Of a stretch of DNA of 64,000 bases, positions 8,248 to 17,424 are shown piece by piece; within the stretch, counting starts at the first letter, position 1, and every line of letters starts with the position of its first letter. The notes beneath the pieces are model-generated. The model was not told the DNA's origin and made no database searches. It was given only the letters and a program-made list of their open reading frames with translations. The stretch is taken from positions 1 through 64,000 of the IMG/VR virus record IMGVR_UViG_3300047157_000197; one strand, 5' to 3'. The translations under genes and the position numbers were made by a program.

Positions 8248-8508
8248 ATGAGTCAAATTAGAGAAATAATAGAAGGTTGGGCAAATGTAATCAAAGACCA
8301 GTTTGATGCAGTAGACCCAGTCACTAAACAAGTATCAAAAAGAAGATTAGAATTATGTAACGGTTGTCCATTAAGACAAGGTAATGTATGTTCTCCTCAC
8401 ATATGGGGATATGATATAATTTCAGGTGACAAGAAAGTTGGGTGTGGTTGTAATATAAGTGCTAAGACATTATCACCATCATCTAGATGTCCTTTAAACA
8501 AATGGTAA
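8248..8508 (+). CDS. Small Cys-rich, probably metal-binding protein
   Basis: RLELCNGCP...C...CGC...RCPLNKW. Confidence 0.7.
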   Translation: MSQIREIIEGWANVIKDQFDAVDPVTKQVSKRRLELCNGCPLRQGNVCSPHIWGYDIISGDKKVGCGCNISAKTLSPSSRCPLNKW

Positions 8509-8509
8509 A

Positions 8510-8911
8510 ATGAAATTAAAAATATTATTATTATTTGTTTGTTGTAATCTGTTCTCTCAGAAAATCATTATATCTGATGAGTTTACTTGGTACGATGGAA
8601 CTCTAAAAGGAGTAATAAATTATTCATCTATAATGGTTGGAGAGAAAATCTTTGTTGGAGTAGAAAGTGGAACATGGAAAAGTATTGATGGTATCTTGGC
8701 TGCAGAAACAAATATAAATGAGAACTTTTCTATATATTCAGGTATTAGGTTTAAGAAACAAATCAGAGGATACTTTATGAATGTCAACTATAATACAGAT
8801 AGATGTTTATGTAGAAAACAATGGCCTATAAAGTATTATATAGGATTAAAAAGCTTAGATTTAAAAAATGTTAGATTATCAATAGGGATAAGATACGGAT
8901 TAAAAATATGA
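8510..8911 (+). CDS. Secreted beta-rich protein, possible outer-membrane barrel
   Basis: Signal peptide ending LFS|Q; amphipathic strands; C-terminus LSIGIRYGLKI. Confidence 0.5.
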   Translation: MKLKILLLFVCCNLFSQKIIISDEFTWYDGTLKGVINYSSIMVGEKIFVGVESGTWKSIDGILAAETNINENFSIYSGIRFKKQIRGYFMNVNYNTDRCLCRKQWPIKYYIGLKSLDLKNVRLSIGIRYGLKI

Positions 8912-9067
8912 TTATTATGAATAGAGAAAATCGAATGGCTAAATCAGAAACAGCTAGAAACAAAAGAAAAAAAGTTAAAGAAACTTTGGAAACAATAGAA
9001 AAAAGAAGAAGAGCAGATGCTAAGAATCTTAAAAAGAAAATTAATAAACTAAAAAAAAGACATCACG

Positions 9068-9196
9068 ATGGGAAGTAAATTTTTCGGTAATAAACACGAC
9101 AACAAAACAAATAAGAATAAAAAATTAAATCCAAAATCTAACTCGAAAAGTAAGGGTAGTAATATGGGAGTAAGAAAAGTAGGTAGAGGAAGTTAA
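9068..9196 (+). CDS. Small basic peptide, missing from ORF track
   Basis: 42 aa MGSKFFGNKH...VRKVGRGS; stop directly before ATG 9198. Confidence 0.45.
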   Translation: MGSKFFGNKHDNKTNKNKKLNPKSNSKSKGSNMGVRKVGRGS

Positions 9197-9197
9197 G

Positions 9198-9905
9198 ATG
9201 AGTAAAACTTTATTAGTATTCTTTGGAGATTTCAGAACCTTTGATTTGGTAATACCACGTCTAAAAGATTTAGATAAAGTAGATATGATTATATCGACAT
9301 GGAGTACCACAACAAAAAATAATAATATCATTGATATTGATGAGGATGTAATAAGAAAGGTTATACCAAATATAAAACAAATTTTTATTTCAGATAGTAG
9401 TGTTGTAAAACATCACGCTAAGATTGGTAAAGACCACCCACATTGGATAAACACTCGTAGAATGATTTATCATTGGAAACTTGTAACAAACAATATTGAA
9501 AACCTCCACGAATACGATAACATAATATATCAACGATGTGATATAGTATCTAATTGGGAAAATATACTAACTAACGAAATAGAAAAAAATACTCTCTATT
9601 TAAATTATAATAATTCTCCATATGTAACTTCTAATATGTATCCAAACGCACATTGGTGTAATGACTATATCTTTTTCGGAGATGTTACAATTGTAAACAA
9701 ATTTATCAACTCTATAAACGAAGAAGATAAAGATGATGATGGCAACCAAATACCTTTAGATTCTCATAGAACAATATATCGAACTTTAGTTGACAATAAT
9801 ATTAACTACACTAACTACCCCTTACGAGGTTATCTATATAGAGAAGATACTATACCCACTTTCGATAGTGGAGAGTCTTTGGCACTTATTAGTGGTCCTG
9901 AATAA
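9198..9905 (+). CDS. Putative glycosyltransferase-like protein
   Basis: FFGDFRTF, IISTW, YDNIIYQRCD, NDYIFFG pattern seen in phage GT-like proteins. Confidence 0.45.
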   Translation: MSKTLLVFFGDFRTFDLVIPRLKDLDKVDMIISTWSTTTKNNNIIDIDEDVIRKVIPNIKQIFISDSSVVKHHAKIGKDHPHWINTRRMIYHWKLVTNNIENLHEYDNIIYQRCDIVSNWENILTNEIEKNTLYLNYNNSPYVTSNMYPNAHWCNDYIFFGDVTIVNKFINSINEEDKDDDGNQIPLDSHRTIYRTLVDNNINYTNYPLRGYLYREDTIPTFDSGESLALISGPE

Positions 9906-9918
9906 TTTAACTTAAATA

Positions 9919-9950
9919 TTTGGAATTATCATTTTTTTTTCGTATATTTA
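9919..9950 (+). promoter_or_regulatory. Bacteroidota-type promoter
   Basis: TTTGG-N19-TATATTTA. Confidence 0.7.
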
Positions 9951-9956
9951 CATATT

Positions 9957-10175
9957 ATGAATACAATACAACAAATTTGCTTATACTTAGCAATAGGATT
10001 TCTTTGGGCAGGTGTAATAGAGTACACAACTACAAAATGGAAAGTAGGTGGAGAATGGAGTAATGGAGAACGAATAGTTCAAGCTACTCTATGGCCAATA
10101 TTCTTTTTGAAATTCGTAGTTGCTTTTTGGATTTCATTTTTTGGTATGGATAACGATGACACTAATGATTATTAA
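9957..10175 (+). CDS. Small membrane protein
   Basis: Two hydrophobic segments. Confidence 0.6.
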   Translation: MNTIQQICLYLAIGFLWAGVIEYTTTKWKVGGEWSNGERIVQATLWPIFFLKFVVAFWISFFGMDNDDTNDY

Positions 10176-10181
10176 GACTCA

Positions 10182-10532
10182 ATGAAGAAATGTAACGTAT
10201 GTAACAAACAAAAACCTAACCTATGGTTTAAACGAAATAAGAAAACTTGTAGAGGGTGTGAGAGAACGTTCAGCAACTGGTTAATAAGATTACTCGTTAT
10301 AGAGAGAAGATTAACACCTCAAGAAAGATTAGGTAATAGATTAGGGTATATGGGAAGTGCGTTTATAATGATGTCTCCTTACTTACTACCGTATGATAAC
10401 ATGGGAGTGTACACTTATTTAATCGGTGCAATATTATCCCTACCTCAAGTTTGGTTAGCAAAACAATGGAACTTAGTAGTAATCAATTTAAATTTATTAA
10501 TTGGTTATGGATTGTATCTATATAACGTATGA
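10182..10532 (+). CDS. CxxC-CxxC domain fused to a 3-TM membrane module
   Basis: CNVC...CRGC followed by three hydrophobic helices. Confidence 0.55.
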   Translation: MKKCNVCNKQKPNLWFKRNKKTCRGCERTFSNWLIRLLVIERRLTPQERLGNRLGYMGSAFIMMSPYLLPYDNMGVYTYLIGAILSLPQVWLAKQWNLVVINLNLLIGYGLYLYNV

Positions 10533-10709
10533 TATTTATATACAAGAGATTTAAATCAAAAGATTACAACCTCGAATAACATTCATTCAAAGGTAATAAA
10601 AAATTTTTTCGGTAAATCTAATGTATCAAATACTAATAACACTATAACAATTAAGAACGGAAATCATTAATAACTAATAACTCAGTATAACAAAGGATAT
10701 AACACTACT

Positions 10710-11153
10710 ATGGCAGATAACTTTAATTGGGATGATTATTTACCTAACGATGATGAGGACGATAACAACGAAGATGATATGTTTGGAACTACACCCGAAC
10801 CATGGGTAGAAAGACAAATGGAAATTGAAAAAGCTTTGCTATTCTCAGAACTAAGAAGCGGAATACCTATACCCTTATCCCCTCAAGACTGGGATGAGAT
10901 GTGGGAACTAACTACCGAGGATATGAATACAATGACTCAAGTATGGATTAGACACTTTATGCGTGAATCCGATTCTAATAGAGGGAAGTGGAATATAATC
11001 AATACTTATCGCAATGAGTGGTTATCCCAACTTCTACACCATAACGAAGAACAAGAAGAGTATGAACTGTGTTCTCTTATTAACGAAATCTTACTTTGGT
11101 CTAACAATCAACGGACGTGGAAAAAGATATCGGATGCAATGATAGAAAAATAG
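10710..11153 (+). CDS. Acidic hypothetical protein
   Basis: 147 aa; C-terminal EEQEEYELC helix, possibly UVR-like. Confidence 0.6.
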   Translation: MADNFNWDDYLPNDDEDDNNEDDMFGTTPEPWVERQMEIEKALLFSELRSGIPIPLSPQDWDEMWELTTEDMNTMTQVWIRHFMRESDSNRGKWNIINTYRNEWLSQLLHHNEEQEEYELCSLINEILLWSNNQRTWKKISDAMIEK

Positions 11154-11164
11154 GGTATGCATAA

Positions 11165-11172
11165 TATTTATA
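11165..11172 (+). promoter_or_regulatory. Putative late promoter TATTTATA
   Basis: Upstream of radical SAM gene. Confidence 0.4.
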
Positions 11173-11246
11173 ATACTATCAATAAAAAAGAGGAAGAAAA
11201 TTTCCGACTAAAAAATTTTAAAAAATCGACACGATTTTAGTTTTAT

Positions 11247-13055
11247 ATGAATGAAGTTGAAAAAAGGATAAAACATCAAATAGATAACAATACTGGTCAA
11301 GTTGATTTAAAGATTGATTTGGTTAAGTATATGCAACAATCTGAACGTGCCAAACAATACGAGGAATCGGTGAAGGAAAAGGGTGAGGAATTCAAACACC
11401 AATTTCGATATGAGGTAATCGGTGAACAAGATGCACTTCTTTTTCAAGTTCCCAATATAAACGAATCGGGTTATTACGCGGGTGTGGTTGCCTTAAAATC
11501 ATATGTAGATAAGTTCCATTCGGATTTGAACGTTGAGATTATCGACCCCATTATAGATTACTTCTATTTAAACCCACCTAACAAAGAAGGTGATTTCTTT
11601 CAAATGTTTAATACCTACGCAAGACAAGGTGAGTGGGAAGAACTTTTAAAGTTTCAAGAGATACATGATATGTGCGAAGGATTCATTTTCAAATACATAG
11701 ATAAGTGTAATCCCGCCTTTATTGGTTTAAGTATCATTGATGGTAATATAGATGCATCTCTCGCAATTTCAAGTTTAATAAAAAAGAAATACCCTCATAT
11801 TAAAATACTAATGGGTGGAAATGGAATCGAGGTTTTAGATTTCGGTATGTTACCTAACTCAAAATATACTACAATAAATTATGATTTTGTAGATGTATTT
11901 TCAAGAGGTGATGGTGAAGCAACATTTGTTGAAATTCTTAAATGTGATATGAGTGATGATGCTCTTTCAAAGATTAAAGGTCTTGTTTGGAGAAAATCAA
12001 CAGGTGGGTATGTAGATACTCCAATGGAATTGACTCACAATCCAACGAGAGAAAACATAGATATGAATTCATTACCAATGCCTGATTATTCATCATTGGA
12101 ACAAAATTATTATTACCACTCTACATATCAATATTCAGTTCCTTTAGTTTTAAGTAGAGGTTGTCCATATCGTTGTACCTTTTGTTCAGTACCAGAATTT
12201 ATACCTGTATTTAGATATAGAACACACGAGAGTGTTTTAGAAGAAATGGAGTATTGGATAAACAAAGGAAGAAAGGGATTCTTCATGCACGATAGTATTA
12301 TCAATGGTAATCCAAAATGGTTAATGACCTTTTGTGAAATGATAATAGAAAGGTGGGGAGAATATCAAATTGATTTCGGTGGTAATATGAGATTACAAAA
12401 TGTAATGAGAAACTTAGATACAATGTGGTTATTTAGAAGAGCAGGATTATCCAAGATGATAACTGGCTTTGAATCTGCATCTGAACCTGTTTTGAAACAT
12501 ATGAAGAAATATACTTCTATGGAAGGTGTACGAGAAATCTTTGATAATGTAAGAGCAATAAACAAAGTACTACAAAAGGAAAGACCTCATGCACCAAAGA
12601 TGCAATTTGCAATGCAACTTATTATTGGGTACTTAAATGAAACACGAGTAGATTTTCAACGAACAGTAGATTTCGTAAAAGAATATAATGATTGTATGTC
12701 AGAGATACTTACTTGTTCTGCATTTCTACTTCATCAAACCCTACAAGATAAATGGGTAAAAGAAGGAGAACCTCTTATTCAACATAGAAACTCTGTTATA
12801 TTTGATACAATGTATAACACCACACAGAACAGATTAGATTGGTTAAATGAAATAGAGGTGGTTTTTAAAAATTACAACTTACCATATTCCATATACAATA
12901 GAGGAATCTTTTATGAACTTATAAAAGAAAACGAAAATGAACAAGTTCATTACACATGGATTGATGGAGAATTATTCTTTGGCCCAAACGGAGAAACTCC
13001 TCACATAAAACAAATCCAAGAAAAACTTGGTATAGTAAAAAAACAATTATTTTAA
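11247..13055 (+). CDS. B12-binding radical SAM protein (class B methyltransferase-like)
   Basis: SRGCPYRCTFC (CxxxCxxC), cobalamin-binding-like FIGLS...ILMGG and RGDGE segments. Confidence 0.88.
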   Translation: MNEVEKRIKHQIDNNTGQVDLKIDLVKYMQQSERAKQYEESVKEKGEEFKHQFRYEVIGEQDALLFQVPNINESGYYAGVVALKSYVDKFHSDLNVEIIDPIIDYFYLNPPNKEGDFFQMFNTYARQGEWEELLKFQEIHDMCEGFIFKYIDKCNPAFIGLSIIDGNIDASLAISSLIKKKYPHIKILMGGNGIEVLDFGMLPNSKYTTINYDFVDVFSRGDGEATFVEILKCDMSDDALSKIKGLVWRKSTGGYVDTPMELTHNPTRENIDMNSLPMPDYSSLEQNYYYHSTYQYSVPLVLSRGCPYRCTFCSVPEFIPVFRYRTHESVLEEMEYWINKGRKGFFMHDSIINGNPKWLMTFCEMIIERWGEYQIDFGGNMRLQNVMRNLDTMWLFRRAGLSKMITGFESASEPVLKHMKKYTSMEGVREIFDNVRAINKVLQKERPHAPKMQFAMQLIIGYLNETRVDFQRTVDFVKEYNDCMSEILTCSAFLLHQTLQDKWVKEGEPLIQHRNSVIFDTMYNTTQNRLDWLNEIEVVFKNYNLPYSIYNRGIFYELIKENENEQVHYTWIDGELFFGPNGETPHIKQIQEKLGIVKKQLF

Positions 13056-13421
13056 ATGGCAGAAAAATTCAATTGGTTATTTTTAGGTTACGCAGTAATA
13101 TTAATAACTCTAGGTCAGGTAGGAGCTTACCTACAACACAATTATCAATTTTTAGATAAAAGATTTCCACCAGAGTGGTGGGGGTGGTATGTTTGTGCAA
13201 TACCAATCACATGGTTCTTTTTAAAAGGAACCTATTATGGTGTAAACGCATTTGATGGAGATTTATGGCCGAATCGTTTTATAGGATTTGTTATAGGTAT
13301 TGTATCATATAGTATCTTAACTTCATATATGTTTAAACAAGATATTACTCCAAAAATATTTACACAAATAGTATTGTGTTTTGTAATACTAATGGTACAA
13401 TTCTTATGGAAAGGAAAATAA
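13056..13421 (+). CDS. 4-TM membrane protein (DMT/SMR-like size)
   Basis: Four hydrophobic helices. Confidence 0.6.
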   Translation: MAEKFNWLFLGYAVILITLGQVGAYLQHNYQFLDKRFPPEWWGWYVCAIPITWFFLKGTYYGVNAFDGDLWPNRFIGFVIGIVSYSILTSYMFKQDITPKIFTQIVLCFVILMVQFLWKGK

Positions 13422-14729
13422 GCTTAAATAATTTATTTAAAACAAAAATCAATAATAAGAGAATTCTATTATTAGAACCCGGTTGTGATTTACAGAACCT
13501 TGGTTTTTGTGGATTAAACTTTTTCCAAACAACCAAGACTTCAACATTAACAAATGTAACTAATATAGAAAGTTTCAAAAACACTCATTGGGATTATATT
13601 ATTTCTCATGTATTTCATATAAGAAATATGAGAAGAGCTGATGCTTCGTTATTTGAAAAATACAATATAACTTGTGATACACTTGTACTCGATGAGATAG
13701 GTGAAGGGTTTTCACTAGATGGTGATGCAAAACGAGTTTTTATTGATGTAGAATTTGATAAAAAAGTAAAAGCAAAGAAATGTAAATGGCTAGCCACCAT
13801 TTTATGATTATTCCGATATTCAACCACGATATCCAAATGTAGAATTTTTCTCTGAGAAATTCACAACTCCATTGTTATTCTGTGGAAAAACAAATCATAT
13901 GATACATGGTGGTTTGGGAGAAGTTAATGGTGAAGTTGTTAAAGTACATCAGTTACAATTGGGTAATCACATAGTAGCCGGTTTAAAATGGAAACCCGAA
14001 GAAAAAGAAAAACTCTTTATGTCATTAAATAATGATGTTAGACCACATCGTAGTTTACTAATACATTATTTAACAAACGAAAACCTAATAGAAAAGGGTT
14101 ATGTATCTTACCTCAACCCACCATCTGATTTACAGATGAAACTAACAGATGATGTATATATAGAAAAATTAAATATTAAAAGACACACACTTCCATGGGA
14201 AGGGGATACTAATAATATGAATAGATTTGGTATTCAAAATATAGTAGCAGAAAAAACATACATTGATATTGTTACTGAATCAAGTACTGGACATTGGCCA
14301 TTTAAAACTGAAAAATGTTTAAAACCATTTTACAATTTACAATTCCCTATGATTATTGGTCATGGTGGAATTATGAAAGAATTAAGAGAATTAGGATTTG
14401 ATTTATTTGATGATATAATTAATCACGAATATGATACACACAAACATCCAAAATACATAAAATCCTCAATCCAAGATATAGAATTAGATGGTTGGAATGA
14501 TAATTTAAGAATACCATTATTAGTTGAGGAATTAAAAAGATTATCAACTCTTAATATTAAAAAAATCTATGAAGATAATAAAGATAGATTAATAAAAAAC
14601 CAAGAACTTGTTTGGAAACTAACCATTGAAAATAACGATATGTTATACGCGTTAGGAGATTTTGTTTTTGATAACGCTATAGAATACTTTGATACTCCAG
14701 TTGAACACTTAAAAAAGATTTATTTATGA
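13406..14729 (+). pseudogene. Probably one ~440-codon gene (GT-like phage family) split by a +1 frameshift near 13800
   Basis: ORF 13406-13807 continues in the +1 frame (YDYSDIQPRYPNVEFFSEKFTTPLLFCGK...) into ORF 13872-14729, which has IVTES, KTEKCLKPF and LGFDLFDDIINHEYD. Confidence 0.55.
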
Positions 14730-14944
14730 AACAGATAGATTTACATGGATTAAGACATGATGCTGCAGTAGATAGAGCAGAAGATTTTGTATTAATGGAA
14801 TCACATAACTCTATGTTTGAATGTAGAATAATTGTAGGTAATTCCTCTACGATGACAAAGAGAGTTACTGATATGTTAGAGAGTCATCAATTTAAATATT
14901 ATATTCCAAGTTGGAATGTAGGAGAAATAATAGTTTCAAATTAA
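14726..14944 (+). CDS. Stand-alone Smr-domain-like protein
   Basis: IDLHGL start and RIIVGNS motif. Confidence 0.7.
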   Translation: MKQIDLHGLRHDAAVDRAEDFVLMESHNSMFECRIIVGNSSTMTKRVTDMLESHQFKYYIPSWNVGEIIVSN

Positions 14945-14976
14945 TTAGGATATTACAAATATTTTTCGTATATTTG
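14945..14976 (+). promoter_or_regulatory. Bacteroidota-type promoter
   Basis: TTAGG-N19-TATATTTG, exact TAnnTTTG match. Confidence 0.8.
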
Positions 14977-14993
14977 TAGTACAAATAAAGCAA

Positions 14994-15182
14994 ATGAGAA
15001 AATTAACATACAAAATAACAGAAGTATCTAATACTTATGGATTAGAGTTTATTACCGATAGAAGTGATAAATGGACTAAAGAACAATATACAAGAAATAG
15101 AAAACCATTAACAATGGAATTAATTAGTGATGAAACCACAAAAGAAAAAGAACCAATATCAAGAAAAATTAAGTTGGGATGA
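14994..15182 (+). CDS. Hypothetical protein
   Basis: 62 aa, first gene after promoter. Confidence 0.6.
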   Translation: MRKLTYKITEVSNTYGLEFITDRSDKWTKEQYTRNRKPLTMELISDETTKEKEPISRKIKLG

Positions 15183-15183
15183 T

Positions 15184-15303
15184 ATGTCATATGGTGAGGC
15201 TTCTCATCATATTGGTAAAAAGACAACTGAGAAGGTTCACAAATCTCAAAAACAATATTCAAGAAAACCCAAACACAAAAACAGATTTACAGATGATGAA
15301 TAA
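15184..15303 (+). CDS. 39 aa basic peptide with ArfA-like YxRKxKH motif, missing from ORF track
   Basis: MSYGEASHHIGKKTTEKVHKSQKQYSRKPKHKNRFTDDE; starts 1 nt after the upstream stop. Confidence 0.5.
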   Translation: MSYGEASHHIGKKTTEKVHKSQKQYSRKPKHKNRFTDDE

Positions 15304-15787
15304 AAGACAGCTATTAATTATTGGATTTATTCTTATGGCAATAATAGTGAGAGTATTACCACATCCACCTAATGTTACACCAATACTTGCAATCGCTTTA
15401 TTTGGTGGAACTACATTTAAAAACAAATGGCTTGGTGTGTTACTACCTCTGATAGCAATGGGAATATCTGATATGTATTTAGGTTTTTATAGTATCTCTT
15501 ATTGGGTATATGGTTCGTTCTTTCTTGTTAGTATGTTAGGAACATATTGGAAAAAGATAGGGGTTAAGAATGTACTTATATCATCTTTAATCTTTTTTAT
15601 AATTACCAACTTTGGAGTTTGGTTAGGTGGTTATCCAAAAACAATAGAAGGGTTTTTACTTTGTTATACAATGGCAATACCTTTCTTTATAAACTCTATA
15701 TTAGGAAATTTATTTTTCAGTTATCTATTAAAGTATTCATTTAGATATTCTGAAAAGAAACTTATGCTCGGTTCGTCTATCGGTTAG
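15293..15787 (+). CDS. DUF6580-like putative transporter (ECF S-component-like)
   Basis: RVLPHPPNVTPILAIALFGG motif, multiple TMs; start moved to ATG 15293. Confidence 0.7.
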   Translation: MMNKRQLLIIGFILMAIIVRVLPHPPNVTPILAIALFGGTTFKNKWLGVLLPLIAMGISDMYLGFYSISYWVYGSFFLVSMLGTYWKKIGVKNVLISSLIFFIITNFGVWLGGYPKTIEGFLLCYTMAIPFFINSILGNLFFSYLLKYSFRYSEKKLMLGSSIG

Positions 15788-15837
15788 GACCTCAGGTTTT
15801 CATCCTGGTAAGAGGGGTTCGATTCCCCTACCGAGTA
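15766..15837 (+). tRNA. trnE: tRNA-Glu(TTC), no encoded CCA
   Basis: Acceptor GCTCGGT/ACCGAGT, anticodon arm CAGG-TTTTCAT-CCTG, T-loop TTCGATT. Confidence 0.93.
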
Positions 15838-15884
15838 CAACTATTGTTCATTGAAATATTGTTTAATTAAATAAAAATAAAATT

Positions 15885-16244
15885 ATGGAAACACTTTATA
15901 TTGTAATAGGTGCATTCTCATCCATTTTTATATTCCTTTTGGGATATGCGGTGAGTGGTGTGTTTAATGGAAAAAAAAGAGTAGATGAACTTGAGAAGTT
16001 CATTGATGTAACAGATGATAGAGTTACAGAAGTAGATAGAGAAAGAAACTTTTGGAAAGAAGATACTTACGCAACTCTTGAACGCTTAAACGAAGAAGAT
16101 GATAATATAAAAAAATTATTAGATTCAAGATTAGATAGATTAGAAAGTAGAATTATAGGTATGATTCCACCTACCAACGAAGAGTTGATGAAGCGAATCG
16201 AGAAAATAGAAGAAGAATCTTACAGATTAAGAATGAATATGTAA
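15885..16244 (+). CDS. N-terminal TM plus coiled-coil protein
   Basis: Hydrophobic N-terminus, heptad-rich remainder. Confidence 0.6.
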   Translation: METLYIVIGAFSSIFIFLLGYAVSGVFNGKKRVDELEKFIDVTDDRVTEVDRERNFWKEDTYATLERLNEEDDNIKKLLDSRLDRLESRIIGMIPPTNEELMKRIEKIEEESYRLRMNM

Positions 16245-16267
16245 GATATTAAATTGAACAATAGTTA

Positions 16268-16353
<86 letters not shown>

Positions 16354-16357
16354 AAAA

Positions 16358-16431
16358 GGGGAATTAGCTCAGTTGGCTAGAGCACTACGCTTGCACCGTA
16401 GGGGTCATCGGTTCGAATCCGATATTCTCCA
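16358..16431 (+). tRNA. trnA: tRNA-Ala(TGC)
   Basis: GGGGAAT/ATTCTCC acceptor with G3-U70, CTACG-CTTGCAC-CGTAG anticodon arm. Confidence 0.93.
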
Positions 16432-16472
16432 CAATGGTGGTATCACCACTAATTAATAATAATAATAAAAAC

Positions 16473-16943
16473 ATGAGTAAATTAAAAGAAAAGTTTGGTA
16501 AATACTTTCAATTCAAAAATACCACAAATGGAACTGATTACTTTTTAAGAGGATTGGCACTAATATTATTCATCATTCCAATAGGAATATGTATAGGAAT
16601 AGGAATCGCATTACTTCCATCTAATCCAGCAATCGCAGGATTATTAGTTGGGTTAGGTGTATTGGGTGTTATACCAATGATATGGTTTTCACTAGCAACT
16701 ACTTACAAAAGAATCAATGCATTCTTTCCTGGTAAAGCTGGATGGTTAGTAGCAATAACAATTTTATATTCTTTTATCTTAGAAGCATTTAATCCTCAGA
16801 ATGTATTAAATACGTTGGATACACCAGCACCAACTTTACCTAATGGAGATTACATTACTTATTTAGTATTAGCAATACCTTCATTAGTGTGGAGTTTATA
16901 TTTACTATTTGGTAATTCAAAAGTTAAAAAACATATTGGATAA
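16473..16943 (+). CDS. DUF805-like membrane protein
   Basis: YFLRG...SLATTYKRINA pattern; start moved to ATG 16473. Confidence 0.6.
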   Translation: MSKLKEKFGKYFQFKNTTNGTDYFLRGLALILFIIPIGICIGIGIALLPSNPAIAGLLVGLGVLGVIPMIWFSLATTYKRINAFFPGKAGWLVAITILYSFILEAFNPQNVLNTLDTPAPTLPNGDYITYLVLAIPSLVWSLYLLFGNSKVKKHIG

Positions 16944-17320
16944 TGAATAAGGTATTCTTATTTATATTACTTCTAACTTCTTCCTTACTTAGTTCACAAA
17001 ACTTTGTTGGGGAGAATTTTAGGTTATCAACGGATAGTGGTAACGTAGTAATTACATTTGAGGACCAAAATTCTGATGGAACTTATATTGGTGGTGTACT
17101 AACTAAATCATTTGGAAAACTTACAATTACAAAAAAAGAATTCCAAACTAAGTTTATTCCTAATCTAAAAAAGATTAGTGGTAAAAAAGATTATGAGATA
17201 GTAGAAGGTTCATATCGATTAGATAAATACTCGTTTGATACAGAGAGTGTATTTATACAAGTAGGTAATAAGATAGGTTCTATTACAACAAAAGAAATTA
17301 AAAAGTTAAGAAAACTATAA
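16943..17320 (+). CDS. Secreted protein
   Basis: Signal peptide ending LLSS|Q. Confidence 0.6.
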   Translation: MNKVFLFILLLTSSLLSSQNFVGENFRLSTDSGNVVITFEDQNSDGTYIGGVLTKSFGKLTITKKEFQTKFIPNLKKISGKKDYEIVEGSYRLDKYSFDTESVFIQVGNKIGSITTKEIKKLRKL

Positions 17321-17326
17321 AACTAA

Positions 17327-17401
17327 GCCTTTGTAGCTCAGCTGGCTAGAGCATCTGCATTTGTAATCAGAATGTCGTGGGTTCGAGTCCCTCCAAAGGC
17401 T
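17327..17401 (+). tRNA. trnT: tRNA-Thr(TGT) with an extra nucleotide in the anticodon stem
   Basis: GCCTTTG/CAAAGGC acceptor; TCTG(C)A-TTTGTAA-TCAGA anticodon arm. Confidence 0.82.
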
Positions 17402-17424
17402 CAATAATAATTTAAACAAAGTAA

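Noticed and set aside
15179-15292. N-terminal extension of the DUF6580-like ORF in the track
   Set aside because: Better explained by the overlapping 39 aa ORF 15184-15303; the membrane domain starts at ATG 15293
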